Source: Vicugna vicugna
Taxonomy: Eukaryota
Reading direction: 5' to 3'
NCBI GenBank assembly: GCA_013265495.1
Contig: MU057809.1
Span: 1,417,062-1,481,061, forward strand
Length of the DNA stretch: 64,000 nt
In this document: positions 58,740-64,000 of the stretch, piece after piece
Layout of the letters: every line of letters begins with the position of its first letter
Position numbering within the stretch: the stretch's first letter is position 1
The notes under the pieces: generated by a model
What the model was told of the DNA's origin: nothing
The model's input: only the letters and a program-made list of their open reading frames with translations
The model's database searches: none
Made by a program: the position numbers and the translations under genes

Positions 58740-60745
58740 GGTAACGTCACCTTTCCAAATTTGTCCTTCTCCTTCAATGTTTTATCAGCTTTTCTGGATC
58801 TCTGGCGTCTCCATACAAATCTTAGAATGAGTCTGTCAATATCCATGAAGCCACTTGCTGGGATTCTGAGCGGGTGACACTGAATCTATCGGTCATTTTG
58901 GGGACAACTGGCATCTTGACAGCATTAACTCTTCCTATGCATGATCATGAACTATCTCCCCATTTAGTTCTTTGATTTTGTTCATCTGAGCTTTGGAGTT
59001 TTCCTCATACAGACCCGGTACATATTTTGTTGTTAGATTTATAACCAAGTATTTCCTTTTGGGGGGTGCTAATGTACATGATACTGTGTTTTAAGCCTAA
59101 AATTCCACTTGTCCATTGTTGGCATATAGGAAAACACTGACTTCTGCATATTAATCTTGGATCTTGCAACCACGCTTTAACTGTTTATCAGTTCTGGGGG
59201 TTCTCTGTCAATTCTTTTGGATTTTCCACATAGAAGGTCATGTTGTCTGCAAACAGTTTTCTGTCTTCCTTCTCAAGCTGCGTATCTCTCACTGCCTTTT
59301 CTTGCCTCCTGCTTTAGCATGGATTTCCAACATGATGTGGAAAGGGAGTGGTGAGAGGGGACATCCTTGCCCTGTGCCTGATCTTAATGGAAAGGTTTCA
59401 AGTTTCCCATCACTGAGTATTATGTATTAGCTGAAGGTTTTTTGTAGATAGTCTTTATCAAGTTGAGAACATTCCCCGCTAGTCCTAGTTTACCAAGAGC
59501 TTTTATCCCATATGGGTGCTGAATTTTGTCAAATGTCTTTTCTGTGCCTATTGATATAACCGCGTGATTTCTCTTTGTTAATCTGTTGCTGTGATGGATC
59601 ACGTTGATTTCTGCATGTTGAACTAGCCTCACGTATCTAGCACAAATCCCACTTGGAAATGGTGTATAATTCTTCTTATACTGTTCTGAATGTGATTTAA
59701 CATGGTCGAAAATTTCTGCATGTATGTTTATGAGAAATTTTGTTCTCTAGTTTTCTTTTCTGGGAATGAGTTAGGAAGTATTTCCTCTGCTTCTATCCTC
59801 TGGAAGAGATCGCAGAGAATTGGTATAACTTCTTTAAATATTTGATAGAATTCACCAGTGACCCCATCTGGGCCTGGTGCTGCTGGTCTGGGAAGGTTGT
59901 TAATTACCGATTCAATTCCTTTACTAGATAATGGCCTATTCAGCTCACCTACTTCTTCTTGTGTGAGTTGTGGCAGATGGTGACTCCAGAAGTTGGTTCA
60001 CTTCATCTAGGTTACTTAATTTGTGGACAGAGTTGTTCATAATATTCCTTTATCACCCTTTCAATGACCAGGGGATCTGTAATGATGTCTTCTCCTTCAT
60101 CTGTGATATCAGTAATTTACATGCTCTTTTTCCCTTAGATGGCCTGATTAGGGGATTATCAATTTTATTGATCTTTTCAAAAAAAATCACCTTTTGGTTT
60201 TGCTAATTTTCTCTAATGATTTCCTGTTACCAATTTCAATGATTTCTTTTTTAAAAAAATTTATTTTTATTGAAGTATAGTCAGTTTACAATGTTGTGTC
60301 AATTTCTGGTGTACAGCGCAATACTTTAGTCACATAGGAACATACATGTATTCATTTTCATATTCTTTTTCACTGTAAGTGACTACAAGATATTGAATAT
60401 AATTTGCTGTGCTATATAGTAAAAATCCGTTGTTTCATTGATTTCTGTTAATTCTTTCCTTTAATTCTTTTCTTCACTCACTTTGGACTTAATTTGCTCT
60501 TCTTTTTCTAGTTTCCTAAGGTGAAAACTTAAATCATTGATTGTAGATCTTTCTTCTTTTCTAATATATGCATTCAATGCTATAAATTTCCCTCTAAGCA
60601 CTGCTTTTGCTGCACTCCGCACATTTTGATAAGTCATATTTTCTTTTTATTTAGTTAAAAATATTTAAACATTTCTTCTGAGATTTCTTCTTTGACCCAC
60701 ACATTATTTAGAAGTGTATTGCTTAATCTTCAGTATTTTGGATTG
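58740..60745 (-). mobile_element. Degenerate L1 ORF2 (RT region), interrupted by a younger L1 3' end
   Basis: The minus-strand ORF 59420-59632 reads [61 protein letters not shown], matching the L1 RT domain. Confidence 0.88.
60248..60432 (-). mobile_element. Short 5'-truncated L1 3' end nested in the older L1
   Basis: tttattgaagtatagtcagtttacaatgttgtgtcaatttctggtgtacag..., flanked by TSD tttcaatgatttct (60234-60247) and tttcattgatttct (60433-60446), 13/14 identical. Confidence 0.8.
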
Positions 60746-60859
60746 ATGAAGCTGGATTAACATCTGCCATATTTGTTAACAATTTTCTACTTGTTACCTT
60801 CATTGTTCCTATTTTTTTCTTCCACTCTTTTTTTCGTCTTTTGTATACAATTGCTTAAA

Positions 60860-62292
60860 AATTGTCTTATTGTGTTAAAAAAAACATATAACATAAAATT
60901 TATCATCTTAACTATTTTTAAGTATATGGTTCAGTGGTGCTAAATATAATCATAATGTTGTGCAGCCATCACCCCATTCTCCATTGCTCTTTAAATCTTG
61001 TAAAACAGAAACTCTGTACCCATAAGACAGTAACTTCTCACTCTCCCCTGCTCCTAGCCCCTGGTAGCCACCATTTTACTTTCTGTCTCTATGATTTTGA
61101 ATATTCTAAGTATTTTACATGAATGGAAACATATAAGATTTTCTTTTTTGTAGACTGGCTTATTTCACTTAGCATAATAACCTCAAGGTTCATTTCCTGT
61201 GTGAGAGGACTTGCTTTTCAAGGCTGAGTAATATTCCATTGTGTGCATAGACCACATTTTGCTTATCCATTTACCTACTGATGGACACTTGAGTTGCTTT
61301 CACATTTTAGCTATTGTGAATAATGCTGCCATGAACATGGATGTACAAAATCTCTTCAAGACCATTCCTTCAATTCTTTTGAGTGTACCCAGAAGTGGAA
61401 TTGCTGGATCATATGGTAATCTTATTTTTAACTTTTTATGAGTTGACATATTGTTTTCTATAGTGGCCATACCATTTTATAATCCCACATCAGTGCACAA
61501 GGGTTCCAATTTCTCTACATCCTCCTTAATACTTCTTTTTGAAAAACTGTACCCATCCTAATGGGTGTGAAATGGAATCTTATTGTAGTTTTGATTTGTA
61601 TTTCTCTAGTAATTAACGATGTTGAGCGTCTTATGCTCACTGACCATCTGTGTATCTTCTTTGGAGAACCGTCTGTTCCAGTCCTTTGCCCGTTTCGAGT
61701 CAGACGGTTTGTTTTGTTGTTGTCTGGGGACTTCTCTGTTTGGTCTGGGTATTAATTTCTTACCACATATATGATTTGCAAATGTTTTCTCCCATTCTGT
61801 GGGCTGCCTTTTCTTCTGTTGACAGTATCTTTTGATGCACAAGATCTTAAAATTTTCACATAGAATCCAATTCATCTATTTTTAATTTTGTTGCCTGTGC
61901 CTTTGGTGTCATGTTTAAGAAGTGGCTGCCAAATCCCAAATCATGAAGTTTTGCCCCATATTTTCTTCTGAGAGTTTTATGGTGTTAAGTCTTACATTTA
62001 GGTCTATAATCCATTTTGAGTTCATTTCTGTATATGGTTTTAGGCAAGAGTCCAACCTCACTCTTTTGCATGTGAATTTCCAGTTTTTTCCAGCATGTTT
62101 TGTTGAAAAGACTGTCCTTTTCTCACTGAATGCTCTTTGCACTCTTGTCAAAAACCATTTGAATGTGTATGCAAGGGGTTATTTCTAGGTTCTCTATTGA
62201 ATTCCATTGGTGGAAATGTCTGTCTTTATGCAAATACCACACTATTTTGATTACTATAGCTTTGCAGTAAATTTTGAAATCAGGAAGTTTTT
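60860..62292 (-). mobile_element. L1 3' UTR and ORF2 C-terminal fragment
   Basis: Minus-strand translations LPDFKIYCKAIVIKIVWYLHKDRHFHQWNSIE, YTEMNSKWIIDLNVR and KRQPTEWEKTFANHI match L1 ORF2p. Confidence 0.88.
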
Positions 62293-62989
62293 GAATAGAT
62301 AATACATGCACATAGTACAAAATTAAAAATGTTTTTTAAAAAAAGGGTGGGGTAAGTAGGACCTCGGAGAAGTCAGTCTGTTTCCTAGCTATGTAGCTAC
62401 CCAGCCCTCCTCCACAGGCAACTACTGCAACTAATTTCTTGGGCTTTTAGGTTTTATTTTAATAGGCTTGATCAAGTTTTCTTAGTCCATTTTCTGGAGT
62501 TAGTACGGTGCTTTTTTCTGTATTTTAAAAGCACATTTGGGGCTAAAAATCACCATATAGGTTGACTGGGATGAGACAGAGCCAGCCTGAACTGTCTTGG
62601 GAGGCTGGGGTTTAAGAAGTTCTGGAAGATAAACAGCAGGTAAATAACAACAGAGAATAAGAAGAAAACATCTAAAAATAGAGCCTGGATTCCCATTCCC
62701 CGTCTGAGCCCAGAGCTCAGGAGGACCACTGCGCCCAGAGTCCCACGTGGAGCTGCAGCGGCAGCTCTCCGCCGGTTCCCTTAATGAATAAATGCAGCAG
62801 AAAGCAGAAGCCCTCGGTCTGGGTGCCTCTGGAAAACCCTGGATACTGAAGGCCTTGCGTCATAACAAACAGCCTGCTCTGAAGTGGGATGTACTCTTAG
62901 GAAAAGACATCAACCATTAAATCCTACCTGTAAATTAAAGGAGGCTTTCAAATCATGTCAGCAGTGGAAGGGACCTCAGAGGTCTGTCC

Positions 62990-63170
62990 ACGGTTCTCAG
63001 CGCTGGCTGGGCATCAGAAATTCCTAAAGAGGTAGGTCCCCGCACAGAGATGGCGGGGCCCCTACTCCAGACTGCTGAGCCGGTGTACCCAGCTAGAGGG
63101 CACAGACAGGCACTCTAAAAAGGGCTGCACAGCAGGCTGGACGGCCATGGGGATTTCTAGCGCACCACCA
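62990..63170. mobile_element. MER5-like DNA transposon remnant
   Basis: ggttctcagcgctggctgggcatcagaaattcct...ggggcccctactccagactgctgagcc resembles MER5A/B. Confidence 0.45.
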
Positions 63171-64000
63171 CACGTGCAGGTGTAGGAACTGGGGCTGTCA
63201 CGTGCCCGATTCAGACGCCTTCCCTGGGTTTCTATTAGTGACGGCTCTTTTAAAGAAACTGAGGAATAATATTGTGACTTATCCCCAAACCACTTATGTG
63301 GCAACCTCAAAAATCTAAAATACAGCAGAGAGTAAGTAAACACACACACATACTCATAATCAAGAGATTACAAAACACAGACCCTGCTGTTGCACGCTGA
63401 CATTCTCTTGACCGTGGTGAGGGTTTCATATTGTATATATGTGTCCACACTTAGCACATCACACATTTTAGATATGTGACGTTTATTGTGTCAATTACAC
63501 TTCAAAGCTGAGCTGTTAGAATTTCTTTTAAAAAGAAAAATAGTCTATATTTAAAGGACAGAGCAGCGTGTGATGTATTTTCAAAAAGTTCCATCAAAAG
63601 GGGTGTGAATAAAAAATTCTAGTTCTAAAATGCAGGAAATTCACTTAATGACTCACTCCCGTCGCCGGCAATGCTGGTTAACACTGCATCGTCTGGGCGG
63701 CAGCTCTGTAACTTTCCTTCGCCTGCCGCCTACGCCCTCAGGCCACTTCCATGGACGCTGCCTCGGGGCGGCACACCCGTGAGACAGCTCTCCCAGCCCC
63801 CATCCCCACCCCAACCCAACACCAGCCTCCGGCCTCTCCTGGCCAGAGCACAGGCCTTCAGTTCCACAGCTGGCACGGCGCCAGCAAAGGGAGGAACGCA
63901 TCCGTGTGGACAACGGCTGCGTGGAGAAAGGTATCCTGGAAGAGAGGGCGAAGGATAAAATATCTGAAATACGGGAACCGTGAAAGAGAAAGTGAAAAGG

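Overview
This is mammalian genomic DNA, GC- and CpG-rich over the first ~53 kb and AT-rich and L1-dense after that. It is probably from a camelid, inferred from a Vic-1-like tRNA-derived SINE and the style of the young L1 3' ends. Three genes are supported by splice-consistent exons: the last three coding exons of BRAT1 (+, ending ...ENEADCY*), the complete coding sequence of AMZ1/archaemetzincin-1 (+, six coding exons, 1491 nt, 496 aa) and the last two coding exons plus part of long intron 2 of GNA12 (-). The rest is CpG islands, L1/L2/MIR/MLT1/MER remnants and short tandem repeats. There is no CRISPR array, no prokaryotic system and no credible new protein-coding gene. The main observations are: (1) AMZ1 is intact, but its metzincin motif reads HGLCHLLGLGS, so the catalytic Glu is replaced by Gly (candidate pseudoprotease). 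(2) A 51-bp, 50/51-identical copy of part of that catalytic exon sits in the next intron, with a small direct repeat at its junction. (3) GNA12 intron 2 carries a branch point/poly-U/AG|GTAAGT recursive-splice-like site. (4) An 890-bp L1 with a perfect 15-bp TSD lacks almost all of ORF2. (5) Several AT-to-GC amino-acid changes and GC-shifted old repeats suggest GC-biased gene conversion. Ortholog and repeat-family comparisons come from memory and need confirmation by alignment.
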